From Candidatus Peregrinibacteria bacterium (GTDB lineage: Bacteria > Patescibacteriota > Gracilibacteria > UBA1369 > UBA12463): 64,000 nt of DNA. Every line of letters starts with the position of its first letter. Positions within the stretch are counted from its first letter, which is position 1. Location: NCBI GenBank assembly GCA_037447365.1, contig JBBIGU010000002.1:6678-70677 (forward strand). The letters run 5' to 3'. Of the stretch, positions 46,958 to 55,675 are shown one piece after another. The position numbers and the translations under genes are program-made. Under the pieces are notes generated by a model, which saw only the letters and a program-made list of their open reading frames with translations, had not been told where the DNA came from and searched no databases.

Positions 46958-47052
46958 TTCTCTTCTGAGGCACACCTTACTGATGTGCATTTTTACTTAA
47001 AATCGTGTATACTATTCGAGGTTTATTTTGATTACACATTTCATTTATTTTT

Positions 47053-48309
47053 ATGGGACATAAAATTGAATATTCTCTCTCGAGATACTTTCCTGAAGGT
47101 ACAGAATATTTTTACGGATATCCTGCTGAACAAGACTCACACTTTTTCAATGGAGTTCCTCCGGAAATTGAAGAGATGGTATCTGGTCGACCAATGGTGT
47201 GCGCTGGTCCAAACGTGAAAGCTGTTTGTTTTTCTGCCTGTCTTGATTCTATTCCATTTTCTATTCTTCGCGATGACCTCGATGTGATTCGTGTTGATCG
47301 AAAACAGATTCTTACGTTACCAAAAGATATTAATGTTAAAATTCGTGGTTCGAAGCGTAATAAGCTTATCAAGAATGCGCTCTTTGAAATGGCTGGACCA
47401 GGTCAGCTTGTGATGGCTCAGCCGTATCTTGATCCTCGAGCAAAAACGTACTATGCGATTCCGCCACACCGAAGTATTTGGCTTAATGATAAGCGCAATA
47501 TGACGTCCTATATTCCAAAGGCTTATCTTCCGGAGATCTATGAAGAGTTTATGGATGGTGCTTGTTTTCAGCAGGCTGATCAACTTCCTCTTCCGTGTGT
47601 TATCAAGGTTACATCTTCATCGTCTGGTGACGGTGTTCGTATTTGTTATACCAATGAAGATGTTGAGCGTGCAAAGGCTGATTTTGGTCACCTTGAAGGT
47701 ATGATTTTCGTGAGTGAGTATGTGAAGATTCATAGAAATTTTGCCGTTCAATTTGGTATTTCCCATAATCCTGAACAGCCAATTGAAATTATTAACTGGC
47801 ATGAACAGATGGTGTCTCCTTTTGGAGGATTTTTGGGTGGTATTATTGAACCACATGAAAATGAAGAGCTTTTTCAGCCTTTAAATAAGGTCCTTCTCGA
47901 AAAAATTCTTCCTGAGGTTCGACGTCGTGGTTGGTATGGTGTTGGCGGTTTTGACGTTCTCATGACGGAGGATGAACGGTTCTACTTTATTGATCCGAAC
48001 TTTCGTATGACGGGTATGACGGTCTATGATTTCTTGGCTCGAAATAATGTCATCAAAAAATCACTTCTGAGTTTTAATTCAGAGTTTCATGGTAGCGAGC
48101 GTGAGTTCCGTGAAAAGATTCTTCCTGTTGCCAAGCCTGGCGCTAATCAACTTCTCTACGTCACGGTTCTGACGCATGGCAAAAAAGTTTTCCGTTTGAA
48201 TTCGGCGTTATTATTCGATAAACGCAGTGATATTCCAAAAGTCACAGAAAAACTTTTGAGTCTCGGCCTCGTTTCATCGGTACTAACCGATGCGACGAAG
48301 ATGGCTTAG
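47053..48309 (+). CDS. ATP-grasp fold ligase
   Basis: 418 aa. PCVIKVTSSSSGDGVRICYTNEDVERA (Lys plus Gly-rich loop region), IFVSEYV and GGFDVLMTEDERFYFIDPNFRMTG (Mg/ATP-binding strand pattern). Confidence 0.65.
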   Translation: MGHKIEYSLSRYFPEGTEYFYGYPAEQDSHFFNGVPPEIEEMVSGRPMVCAGPNVKAVCFSACLDSIPFSILRDDLDVIRVDRKQILTLPKDINVKIRGSKRNKLIKNALFEMAGPGQLVMAQPYLDPRAKTYYAIPPHRSIWLNDKRNMTSYIPKAYLPEIYEEFMDGACFQQADQLPLPCVIKVTSSSSGDGVRICYTNEDVERAKADFGHLEGMIFVSEYVKIHRNFAVQFGISHNPEQPIEIINWHEQMVSPFGGFLGGIIEPHENEELFQPLNKVLLEKILPEVRRRGWYGVGGFDVLMTEDERFYFIDPNFRMTGMTVYDFLARNNVIKKSLLSFNSEFHGSEREFREKILPVAKPGANQLLYVTVLTHGKKVFRLNSALLFDKRSDIPKVTEKLLSLGLVSSVLTDATKMA

Positions 48310-49721
48310 AGGTTTGGTTTGGTGAGGTTTTTTGGATCGAGGATTTTTTCGAGTTTGTCTTTTGGCATGAGTTTTTTCTCGAGAATGAGGGCTTCGAGGT
48401 GGGTGCCACGGCGGAGAGCTTCGTTGACGAGTTCGGCGGTCTGGTGGTAGCCGAGGTAGGGGTTGAGGGCGGTTGCGACGCAGAGTGATTTTTCGAGAAG
48501 TTCTTGGCAGCGCTTCGTATTTGCGATGATATTTTCTACGCAAAATTCACGGAAAAGTTGGAATCCGTTTTTGAGGAGCGAGCAGGACTCTTGGAGATTT
48601 TTGAGAATGAGAGGAGTCATGACGTTGAGCTCGAGCTGACCGTTCATCACAGCAAGTTCTACGGCGCGATCGTTTCCTTGAACTTGGTAGGCGATCATCT
48701 GTACACATTCGGCGACAGATGGGTTGACCTTTCCTGGCATGATAGATGAGCCTGGCTCGACTTCTGGGAGTTGAATTTCTCCGATGCCACCGATTGGCCC
48801 CATGTTGAGCAATTTGAGATCTTGTGCGATACGCTGCATAGTGATCGCGAGATTTCTGAGTGCGGACGAGACGCTTGCGAACGTATTCATATTGCTTGTT
48901 GTCTCAAAAAGATTTTTTGTTGGCTTGAGGGGAAGTTTCGTGAGTTTAGCAAGATAACGAGTGACGAGTTTTTGGTATTGTGGATATGTGTTAATGCCGG
49001 TTCCAAGTGCGGTTCCTCCGAGTCCGATTTCATGGAGAAGGGACGTGGCGTGTTTGAGTTCTTGAATATCTTTTTCGATGGCGGTGGCGAACGACTCGAA
49101 CTCCTGACCAAGCGTTACTGGAACGGCGTCTTGTAAGTGCGTCCGTCCGACCTTGAGAATTTTTGCGAACTTTTTTGCTTTTGCGTGGAGTGATTTGGCG
49201 AAACGGAAAGCTTCTTTTTGAAGCGCGATCGACTCCCAGCAGATGGCGATGCGGGTTGAGGTGGGGAAGACGTCGTTTGTCGACTGGGCCATGTTGACGT
49301 GATTGTTTGGATTCACGAATTTGTATGAGCCCTTTGGTGCGCCGAGAAGTTCGTTGGCACGATTTGCCACGATCTCGTTGATATTCATATTGTAAGGAGT
49401 TCCCGCGCCGGCCTGAAATATATCGATCTGATATTCATCATCAAATTTTCCGTCCATGAATTCCTGAAGCGCCTGCAATATTGGTTTGGTGAGTTTTGGA
49501 TCGAGCTTTCCGAGCTCAGTATTTGCTTGAGTTGCCGCATACTTCACGCAGGCGATCGCACACTTGAATGTCGTCGATGCCTTGATGGGACTGATATTGA
49601 AGTTGGCGAGTGCTCGAGTGGTAAATGAGCCATAATATGCTTCTTTTGGGACGTTGATATTTCCGAGTGCGTCGTTTTCGAGGCGGGTGGCTGTGGTTAT
49701 GGTGTTTTTTTTGATTGTCAT
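48306..49721 (-). CDS. aspA: aspartate ammonia-lyase (fumarase/aspartase superfamily)
   Basis: GSSIMPGKVNP signature. The N-terminal EAYYGSFTTRALANFNIS resembles AspA more than FumC. ATG 49721 is preferred over the longer track ORF. Confidence 0.75.
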   Translation of the reverse strand: MTIKKNTITTATRLENDALGNINVPKEAYYGSFTTRALANFNISPIKASTTFKCAIACVKYAATQANTELGKLDPKLTKPILQALQEFMDGKFDDEYQIDIFQAGAGTPYNMNINEIVANRANELLGAPKGSYKFVNPNNHVNMAQSTNDVFPTSTRIAICWESIALQKEAFRFAKSLHAKAKKFAKILKVGRTHLQDAVPVTLGQEFESFATAIEKDIQELKHATSLLHEIGLGGTALGTGINTYPQYQKLVTRYLAKLTKLPLKPTKNLFETTSNMNTFASVSSALRNLAITMQRIAQDLKLLNMGPIGGIGEIQLPEVEPGSSIMPGKVNPSVAECVQMIAYQVQGNDRAVELAVMNGQLELNVMTPLILKNLQESCSLLKNGFQLFREFCVENIIANTKRCQELLEKSLCVATALNPYLGYHQTAELVNEALRRGTHLEALILEKKLMPKDKLEKILDPKNLTKPNL

Positions 49722-49979
49722 AGGGTGAAGATTTTTATGGAGATTTCTGTCTTGTAGTTTTGCATGATCAGATTCCAATCTGCAATACAAAGAGTGCAGC
49801 GGGTAGTACCTTCAAAACCTCATTTTCTGGATGTATATCACTACGCTATCACATAGTTATCACTGAGCAATTAATTTGTAATACATACGTAAAACACTCT
49901 TTTAAAATCCCAAGTCCCACCTCATCCCTTGCTTTTATTCTAAAATATGTTACTATTGTTCCTCAATATTTTTACGTCT

Positions 49980-50636
49980 ATGTCGGAAATCCAGCTTTCC
50001 TTTGAACAACTTGGCCTTCCCGAACACCATGAAGATGTGCTCTGCTATGAAAAGCATGGCTTTATCTGGAAGTTTCGTAAGCTGAATAATGAAAAAGATA
50101 AATTTATCGTTAATGTTTTTTTACCTAATGAAAAGAAAATTGGGTACATGACTTTTTATGTGACACATCCTCCCCAGGACGGGCAGCAGCTTGTTTTTGG
50201 TGGGCTCTATATTTCTGATGATCTTCGTGGTCGAGGACTTGGTGGTTTGTGTATGGGGGAGCTCTTTGCTTTTTCAAATCAGCTTCAAGTTCCTCTTCAT
50301 AGCGCTGTTCCTCAGGGTAAACCCTTGACTTGTTCAATGCTCCATAAATTCGGTTTTGCTCCGAAAACTATTTCGGGCGATCAGGTGGTTATTGTAGGAC
50401 GACCTTCAAATTCTGAATCTTCAAAAATTCCTGTTCACTTTCCTTCGGAGTCTGCGGGTCGGCACTTTATACATTCTCGTATTGCTCGAACTGGGCAATA
50501 TCAGCTTGTCGGATCTATTGACGAGATTGTTGATGGGGTTCGCGTTGTTTTGAATAAACGATATCTCTTCCAGGATAAGGTCAAAGCTCAGACTCAGCTT
50601 CAACGTATCGAAGAGAAACTCTTGCATTTTAATTAG
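49980..50636 (+). CDS. GNAT-like acetyltransferase-fold protein
   Basis: LYISDDLRGRGLGGLCMGELF (motif A, R-x-x-G-x-G) and MLHKFGF (motif B-like). ATG 49980 is preferred. Confidence 0.45.
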   Translation: MSEIQLSFEQLGLPEHHEDVLCYEKHGFIWKFRKLNNEKDKFIVNVFLPNEKKIGYMTFYVTHPPQDGQQLVFGGLYISDDLRGRGLGGLCMGELFAFSNQLQVPLHSAVPQGKPLTCSMLHKFGFAPKTISGDQVVIVGRPSNSESSKIPVHFPSESAGRHFIHSRIARTGQYQLVGSIDEIVDGVRVVLNKRYLFQDKVKAQTQLQRIEEKLLHFN

Positions 50637-50678
50637 TCCCTTGGTAGACTCCTACCCGCTTCATTAAAGCAAAATTTT

Positions 50679-50873
50679 ATGTCAAACGTCTGCTCAGTCA
50701 CAGGAAAAAAGCCAACAACTGGCCACAATGTTAGTCACTCAATGCGTCATACAAAGCGCCGATTCTTACCAAATTTGCTTTGGAAGAAGGTCTGGAATCC
50801 GCTTAAGAAGCGTTTCGAGCGAATCAAGGTTTCTACTCAGGGTCTCAAGGCTTTGAACAAGCGATCACGATAA
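50679..50873 (+). CDS. rpmB: 50S ribosomal protein L28
   Basis: 64 aa. CSVTGKKPTTGHNVSHSMRHTKRRFLPNL. Confidence 0.9.
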   Translation: MSNVCSVTGKKPTTGHNVSHSMRHTKRRFLPNLLWKKVWNPLKKRFERIKVSTQGLKALNKRSR

Positions 50874-50915
50874 TTTTTCATTGCATATCAAAAGGAGCCC
50901 TTCTTTAGTCATTGA

Positions 50916-51725
50916 CTATGAACGCTCCTTTTTTGGTGTCTTGAAAACTTTTCTTGTTGCTTGTTTTGCTGTGTGAGCGATATCTAAGAAAAGTCGGTAG
51001 CTAAACTGTAAGGCGAGATGAAAGGGGAGTTTGATGACTGGACCAAATCCCATAATTTGATTAAGGATGGCGTGGTTACCTTGTTTGCATGACTTAGCTC
51101 GAGTTGTTCGATTTTTTACCGCCTGTCTGAAATCTTCTCCGGTTTGTCCGTCAAACAAGGTATAGCTGTGGCCAAAGTTCATTTTGATGTGACAGTCGCT
51201 CGATCCAATTCGGGCTTTTTGTAAAAAATTTTCATTAATAAATGCTGCTTTGTTTGGAAAGTCTGGTTCGATAAGTTGGAAGTTTTCTATCTCAACACCG
51301 TCGATCATTGCGAGCAGTTCAGGTCTATTGATGAGATCAATATAACTGACGCGATAACGATAAATATATTCGCCGAGAGGGTCTTCTTCGAACGTTACAT
51401 GTGGGATTATAATCATTGCCCCTTGAGCTTGAAGTTGTTTTAACGTGTCTTCCAGAGATTGAAATGATTCAACACGTTCTTTTAAAAAGAGTCCAATGAT
51501 ATGCCCACCATTTGAGTAAATTTCCTCTCCGACAATAACTTCTACTGGAAGATTGTTTTTTTCAGCATACGCTTTTGCGACTTTTGCGCCTTCGATGGTG
51601 TCGTGATCAGTGATTCCAAGAATACGTATTCCTTTTGCCACAGCCATATCTACTGCGCTTTTTGGCGAGATGAGTGAGTCAATTGAATGCCAGGTATGAA
51701 AATGAAGATCGGCTTTTGATTCCAT
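50916..51725 (-). CDS. PHP-domain metal-dependent phosphoesterase (second paralog)
   Basis: 269 aa. ADLHFHTWHS, GITDHDT, IIPHV and GSSDCH. Confidence 0.7.
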   Translation of the reverse strand: MESKADLHFHTWHSIDSLISPKSAVDMAVAKGIRILGITDHDTIEGAKVAKAYAEKNNLPVEVIVGEEIYSNGGHIIGLFLKERVESFQSLEDTLKQLQAQGAMIIIPHVTFEEDPLGEYIYRYRVSYIDLINRPELLAMIDGVEIENFQLIEPDFPNKAAFINENFLQKARIGSSDCHIKMNFGHSYTLFDGQTGEDFRQAVKNRTTRAKSCKQGNHAILNQIMGFGPVIKLPFHLALQFSYRLFLDIAHTAKQATRKVFKTPKKERS

Positions 51726-51806
51726 ATATTATCTGCAATGCTTTATCATTCTTGTCTTATTCTAGCACTAAAACTATACTATTAAAGTGTTTTATAACTT
51801 AAAAAT

Positions 51807-52358
51807 ATGACTTTAACTGAGTCGTTTCGAGTTCAGCTTAATTCTAAGCCACCTGATTTTTCTCTTCTGGGTGTTGATCAGCAAACATATGATTTGAAAT
51901 ACTTCGATGGGGCATCAATTCTCGTTATCGTTTTTATGTGCAATCATTGTCCGTATGTACAAGCTTGCATAGATCGTCTTGTTCAGCTTCAGCGAGATTT
52001 TGCAGATAGAGGAGTGCGTTTCGTAGGTATTAATTCAAATGACTCGACGGATTATCCTGAAGACTCTTTTGATGCCATGAAGGATTTTTCTTTACGTCAT
52101 GCGATGAATTTTCCTTATCTTATCGATGAAAAACAGGAAATTGCTCATAAATATCATGCTGTTTGCACTCCTGATATCTTTGTATATGACAAAGAGCGAA
52201 CGTTACAGTATCACGGCCGAATTGATAATAATTGGAAAGATGCTTCGAAGGTCACTTCTCATGACTTACGCAATGCTCTTGAAAAGCTGACTTCTGGGCA
52301 AAAACCTGATAATCTTCAGTATTCTTCGATGGGTTGTTCTATTAAATGGAAGCAGTAG
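51807..52358 (+). CDS. thioredoxin-fold protein (AhpC/TSA/redoxin-like)
   Basis: 183 aa. VIVFMCNHCPYV redox motif and CTPDIFVYD. Confidence 0.7.
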   Translation: MTLTESFRVQLNSKPPDFSLLGVDQQTYDLKYFDGASILVIVFMCNHCPYVQACIDRLVQLQRDFADRGVRFVGINSNDSTDYPEDSFDAMKDFSLRHAMNFPYLIDEKQEIAHKYHAVCTPDIFVYDKERTLQYHGRIDNNWKDASKVTSHDLRNALEKLTSGQKPDNLQYSSMGCSIKWKQ

Positions 52359-52414
52359 TCTTGTGTTTTTTTGACGATCCCCTATAATCACCCCTTCTTT
52401 TTAATAAATAATGC

Positions 52415-52906
52415 ATGGTTGATGATTTGCTAGATCATACAGCGGTGGAACTTCAAACAGCGCAGATGGCAAATGTCATGCCAGTGGTTACAACCCCTCC
52501 TGTTCCAGAGATTCTTTCGACGCTTGGTTTTACCGATGCTGAGGTGAGGGCACTTTCTTCCATTGCTCGACGAAAGGTTCGACTTCTTCTCATTCCGACA
52601 TGTGGTGGAGAAAAGCTTTTGCAGGATACTGGAAATGTTCGAGATATTTATAGGCCAGATGCGTGGCTTGATATTCATCCTCAAGTTCGCAGTATGGTGT
52701 GGAGTCAGCTCATTACTTTTTGGGAACGAAGATTCCAAAGCTATCACCGTCGTAAACCTTATCAAATGGTGATTGAGATCCCATTTCCTTATGAAACGCC
52801 ATACAAAACATCCCTTGTTGTAGATATTAACCCACAAGGTTTTTCTATCATCAGTCCTTTTAAGGCTTACTTACCAGCGCCTTCTCCTGATTCTTTTGCT
52901 CGATAA
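52415..52906 (+). CDS. hypothetical protein (163 aa)
   Basis: ATG ORF with no motif. Its 3' end overlaps the convergent lgt by 40 nt. Confidence 0.4.
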   Translation: MVDDLLDHTAVELQTAQMANVMPVVTTPPVPEILSTLGFTDAEVRALSSIARRKVRLLLIPTCGGEKLLQDTGNVRDIYRPDAWLDIHPQVRSMVWSQLITFWERRFQSYHRRKPYQMVIEIPFPYETPYKTSLVVDINPQGFSIISPFKAYLPAPSPDSFAR

Positions 52907-53664
52907 TTTTTGTAGAGAAACCATCCTCCTACAAGGAGCATTATTATTGAAAAATACTGTCCTTCTGTGAGACTGCCTGGAAGGAGTCCGATTTGCGGAT
53001 CTGGTTCTCGGAAAAATTCACCAATGAATCGAAGTGCTCCATATGTTACAATAAAGAGCCAACTTAACACTCCCGGTGTTTTGATTTTTTTTCGTAAGAA
53101 GAAAATAATGAAAAATGTGAAGAGTCCCTCTAGGAGCGCTTGAATAAGCTGTGAAGGATATCGGCAGTTTTCAAGGTCGGTAGGGAAGTAGTAGCAAAAT
53201 GATGATGTTGTAATTCGACCGTAGAGTTCTGCGTTGATGAAATTTCCAATTCGAACAAGAACGATGCCAATTGGAATAATCGGAACGATCGTGTCACTGA
53301 TAGTGTACAGTGGAGTTTTTCTGATTTTTGAGAGAATAAAAAGCCCCAGAATAACTCCTAACATTCCTCCGTGAAAAGACATACCTCCGTTCCAAATCTT
53401 AAAAACGTCAGTTGGATTTGAGAGGTAGTAGGGGAGATTATAGAAGAGGATGTATCCCAGACGACCACCGAGAACAACTCCAATTAATGAACTTAAGATA
53501 ATATCACCAGTAAAGTCTTGATCGATTTTTGCCTTTCGTTCTTTGGCAAAATATCCAATCAGAAAATAGCCGATGATGAACGTAAGAAGATACATAATTC
53601 CATACCAGCGAATCTGAATGGCTCCAAAGGAAACAGCAATAGGGGAGATGTTTGGGAATGTCAT
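52867..53664 (-). CDS. lgt: prolipoprotein diacylglyceryl transferase
   Basis: IQIRWYGIMYLLTFIIGY and WNGGMSFHGGMLG. ATG 53664 (MTFPNISPIA...) is preferred over the longer track ORF. Confidence 0.85.
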   Translation of the reverse strand: MTFPNISPIAVSFGAIQIRWYGIMYLLTFIIGYFLIGYFAKERKAKIDQDFTGDIILSSLIGVVLGGRLGYILFYNLPYYLSNPTDVFKIWNGGMSFHGGMLGVILGLFILSKIRKTPLYTISDTIVPIIPIGIVLVRIGNFINAELYGRITTSSFCYYFPTDLENCRYPSQLIQALLEGLFTFFIIFFLRKKIKTPGVLSWLFIVTYGALRFIGEFFREPDPQIGLLPGSLTEGQYFSIIMLLVGGWFLYKNYRAKESGEGAGK

Positions 53665-53771
53665 GAGTGCATTATATGATATAAAAAGTGGAAAGGCTAC
53701 TCTTGGTATCATTGGCGACGCTTCGTCTTTCCTCTTTTTTCGCAATATTGATTAGTGTAAGCTCTTTGCGC

Positions 53772-54824
53772 ATGGCACATATTCCTCATTATCAACGGCT
53801 TAAGAATGATGTTGCGTTTCGAAATATTTTTGAGAAACGTGCGCGAGCCATGAGCGCGATTCGGCAGTTTTTTACTAACGATGGTTTTTTGGAAGTAGAG
53901 ACTCCGATACTTGTGAACTTGCCTGGCATGGAACCGTATTTAGATGTCTTTAAGACGCGTTATGTTGGTGAGCATGGTCGTGATGCTCAAGACATGTATT
54001 TGATTACCTCTCCGGAGTATGCGATGAAAAAACTTCTCGTTGGAGGTATGGAGAAGATCTTTCAGCTGACCCGAAGTTTTCGAAATAAAGAAACAGGTGG
54101 TGCGCTTCACAATCCTGAATTTACTATTCTTGAGTGGTATCGTGCTCATGCGGATTATACTGACATTATGCGCGATACCGAGCAATTAATGAGATATGTT
54201 TGTCGCGAACTACATGGTGGACGTGAGTCGTTTATGTATCAGGGAGTGAAGGTGGATCTCAGTAGTGGTTTTGAACGGTTAACCGTCAGAGAGGCTTTTG
54301 AAAAACATGCTGGGGTTAGTCGGGAAATTTTTGAGAATTCTGAGAAGTTGATTGCGGAGGCGTGTAAAAGAGGTTATGCCGCAGAAACTTATGATGATGC
54401 GTTTTTCCTGATTTTCCTGAATGAAATTGAGAGAAAATTGGGTGCAGTTAGCGTTGATGGTTTTGTTCGCCCAACAATTTTGTGCGAGTATCCTGTGAGC
54501 ATGGCCGCGCTTTCTCGTGAGTGCGCAAGTGATCCTCGATATGCTGAGCGATTTGAGATGTATGTATGCGGGATTGAGTTGTGTAATGCGTTTAGTGAAC
54601 TGACGGATGCGGGTGAGCAGGAGGGGAGGTTAAAGGCCGAGCGAGCGGAGCGAGCGAGGCTTGGTAAAGATCTTTATGATGTTGATGAAAGTTTCATTGA
54701 GGCGTTGAAAATCGGTATGCCACCTTCTGGTGGAATTGCATTCGGTGTTGATCGATTCATGATGCTTTTGCTTGATTGTGTCTCCATAGAGGATGTTATG
54801 CTTTTTCCATTTAGAGATTTGTAG
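53772..54824 (+). CDS. epmA: EF-P lysine-lysyltransferase EpmA (GenX/PoxA, truncated class II LysRS paralog)
   Basis: About 350 aa from ATG 53772. No anticodon-binding domain. Motif 2 FRNKETGGALHNPEFTILEWY and motif 3 GVDRFMMLL. Adjacent to efp. Confidence 0.8.
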   Translation: MAHIPHYQRLKNDVAFRNIFEKRARAMSAIRQFFTNDGFLEVETPILVNLPGMEPYLDVFKTRYVGEHGRDAQDMYLITSPEYAMKKLLVGGMEKIFQLTRSFRNKETGGALHNPEFTILEWYRAHADYTDIMRDTEQLMRYVCRELHGGRESFMYQGVKVDLSSGFERLTVREAFEKHAGVSREIFENSEKLIAEACKRGYAAETYDDAFFLIFLNEIERKLGAVSVDGFVRPTILCEYPVSMAALSRECASDPRYAERFEMYVCGIELCNAFSELTDAGEQEGRLKAERAERARLGKDLYDVDESFIEALKIGMPPSGGIAFGVDRFMMLLLDCVSIEDVMLFPFRDL

Positions 54825-54894
54825 ATATGATCCGTGATCTCGATCATGGGTATAGAATGTATAATTGCCTTTTTGGCAACTTCATGATGTACTT

Positions 54895-54918
54895 AAAAAT
54901 TTCGGCGCCGAAATTTTT
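54895..54918 (+). terminator. bidirectional intrinsic terminator after epmA
   Basis: Perfect 24-nt palindrome AAAAATTTCGGCGCCGAAATTTTT, with a GC core and A/T flanks. Confidence 0.5.
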
Positions 54919-54998
54919 AGCTTTAGAATTACGGGTTTTTTTATAGAAACTATGATTGCATCATGAAAATAAAAAATGCAACCTCTTGCCTTTCCCAC

Positions 54999-55026
54999 TT
55001 GCTCCTAATAATAGCTATGGTAGAAT
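54999..55026 (+). promoter_or_regulatory. putative extended -10 promoter for efp
   Basis: TTGCTC (54999-55004), a 16-nt spacer, then TGgTAGAAT (55018-55026), about 75 nt upstream of the efp ATG. Confidence 0.4.
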
Positions 55027-55099
55027 GCGCCAGGTTTGAAGAAAACCCTGTTAGGTATTATCAAATCAAAGCTACAAAAAGCTATTAATCATCTATCTT

Positions 55100-55657
55100 A
55101 TGCAAACATCAGATTTCAAGAAAGGCATTGCTATCAAGTATAACAATGAAACATACGTTATCGTTGGTTACCAATTTGTTAATCCAGGTAAGGGTGCCGC
55201 CTTTACTCGTGCAAAATTGAAGAACGCCAAGACCGGACGAAATGTTGAAGTTACTTTCAAATCTGGTGAAAATGTTGAAGAAGCTAATATGGAAAATCGA
55301 CGATGCCAGTATCTTTACAATGATTCAAGCGAGTGGACATTCATGGATAACCAGTCTTATGATCAGTTTAGTATCTCAAAAGAGATGATTGGTGATGATG
55401 CTGACTTTTTGATTGATGGAACAGAAGTTGTCGTTGTCTTCGTTGACGATTCACCTGCTTCTATTGAGCTTCCTACAAAGATGGACTTCAAAGTTATTTC
55501 TGCTCCTCCTGGTGAAAAGGGAGATACGGCAACTGGTGGGACAAAACCCGTTGTTATTGAGACAGGTGCTACAATCAGTGCTCCACTCTTTATCAAAGAA
55601 GGTGATGTTATCCGTGTAAATACAGAACTTCACGAGTACGTTGAGCGCGCAAAGTAA
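55100..55657 (+). CDS. efp: elongation factor P
   Basis: 185 aa. The loop VNPGKGAAFTRAKLKN has Lys31 at the modification position. Confidence 0.93.
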   Translation: MQTSDFKKGIAIKYNNETYVIVGYQFVNPGKGAAFTRAKLKNAKTGRNVEVTFKSGENVEEANMENRRCQYLYNDSSEWTFMDNQSYDQFSISKEMIGDDADFLIDGTEVVVVFVDDSPASIELPTKMDFKVISAPPGEKGDTATGGTKPVVIETGATISAPLFIKEGDVIRVNTELHEYVERAK

Positions 55658-55675
55658 GCGTGTTATTATTGAGGC

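Noticed and set aside
49760-50005. 81-aa plus-strand ORF spanning the aspA/GNAT intergenic region, and the similar small ORFs at 33165-33347 and 20464-20682.
   Set aside because: They cover promoter or leader regions, overlap the start of the real downstream gene out of frame, and have implausible composition.
50874-50930. AAAAGGAGC...GCTCCTTTTTT inverted repeat after rpmB, considered as a terminator.
   Set aside because: The arms are separated by about 26 nt, and the distal arm lies inside the 3' end of the convergent PHP gene. It may be a weak terminator at best, so it is not listed as a feature.
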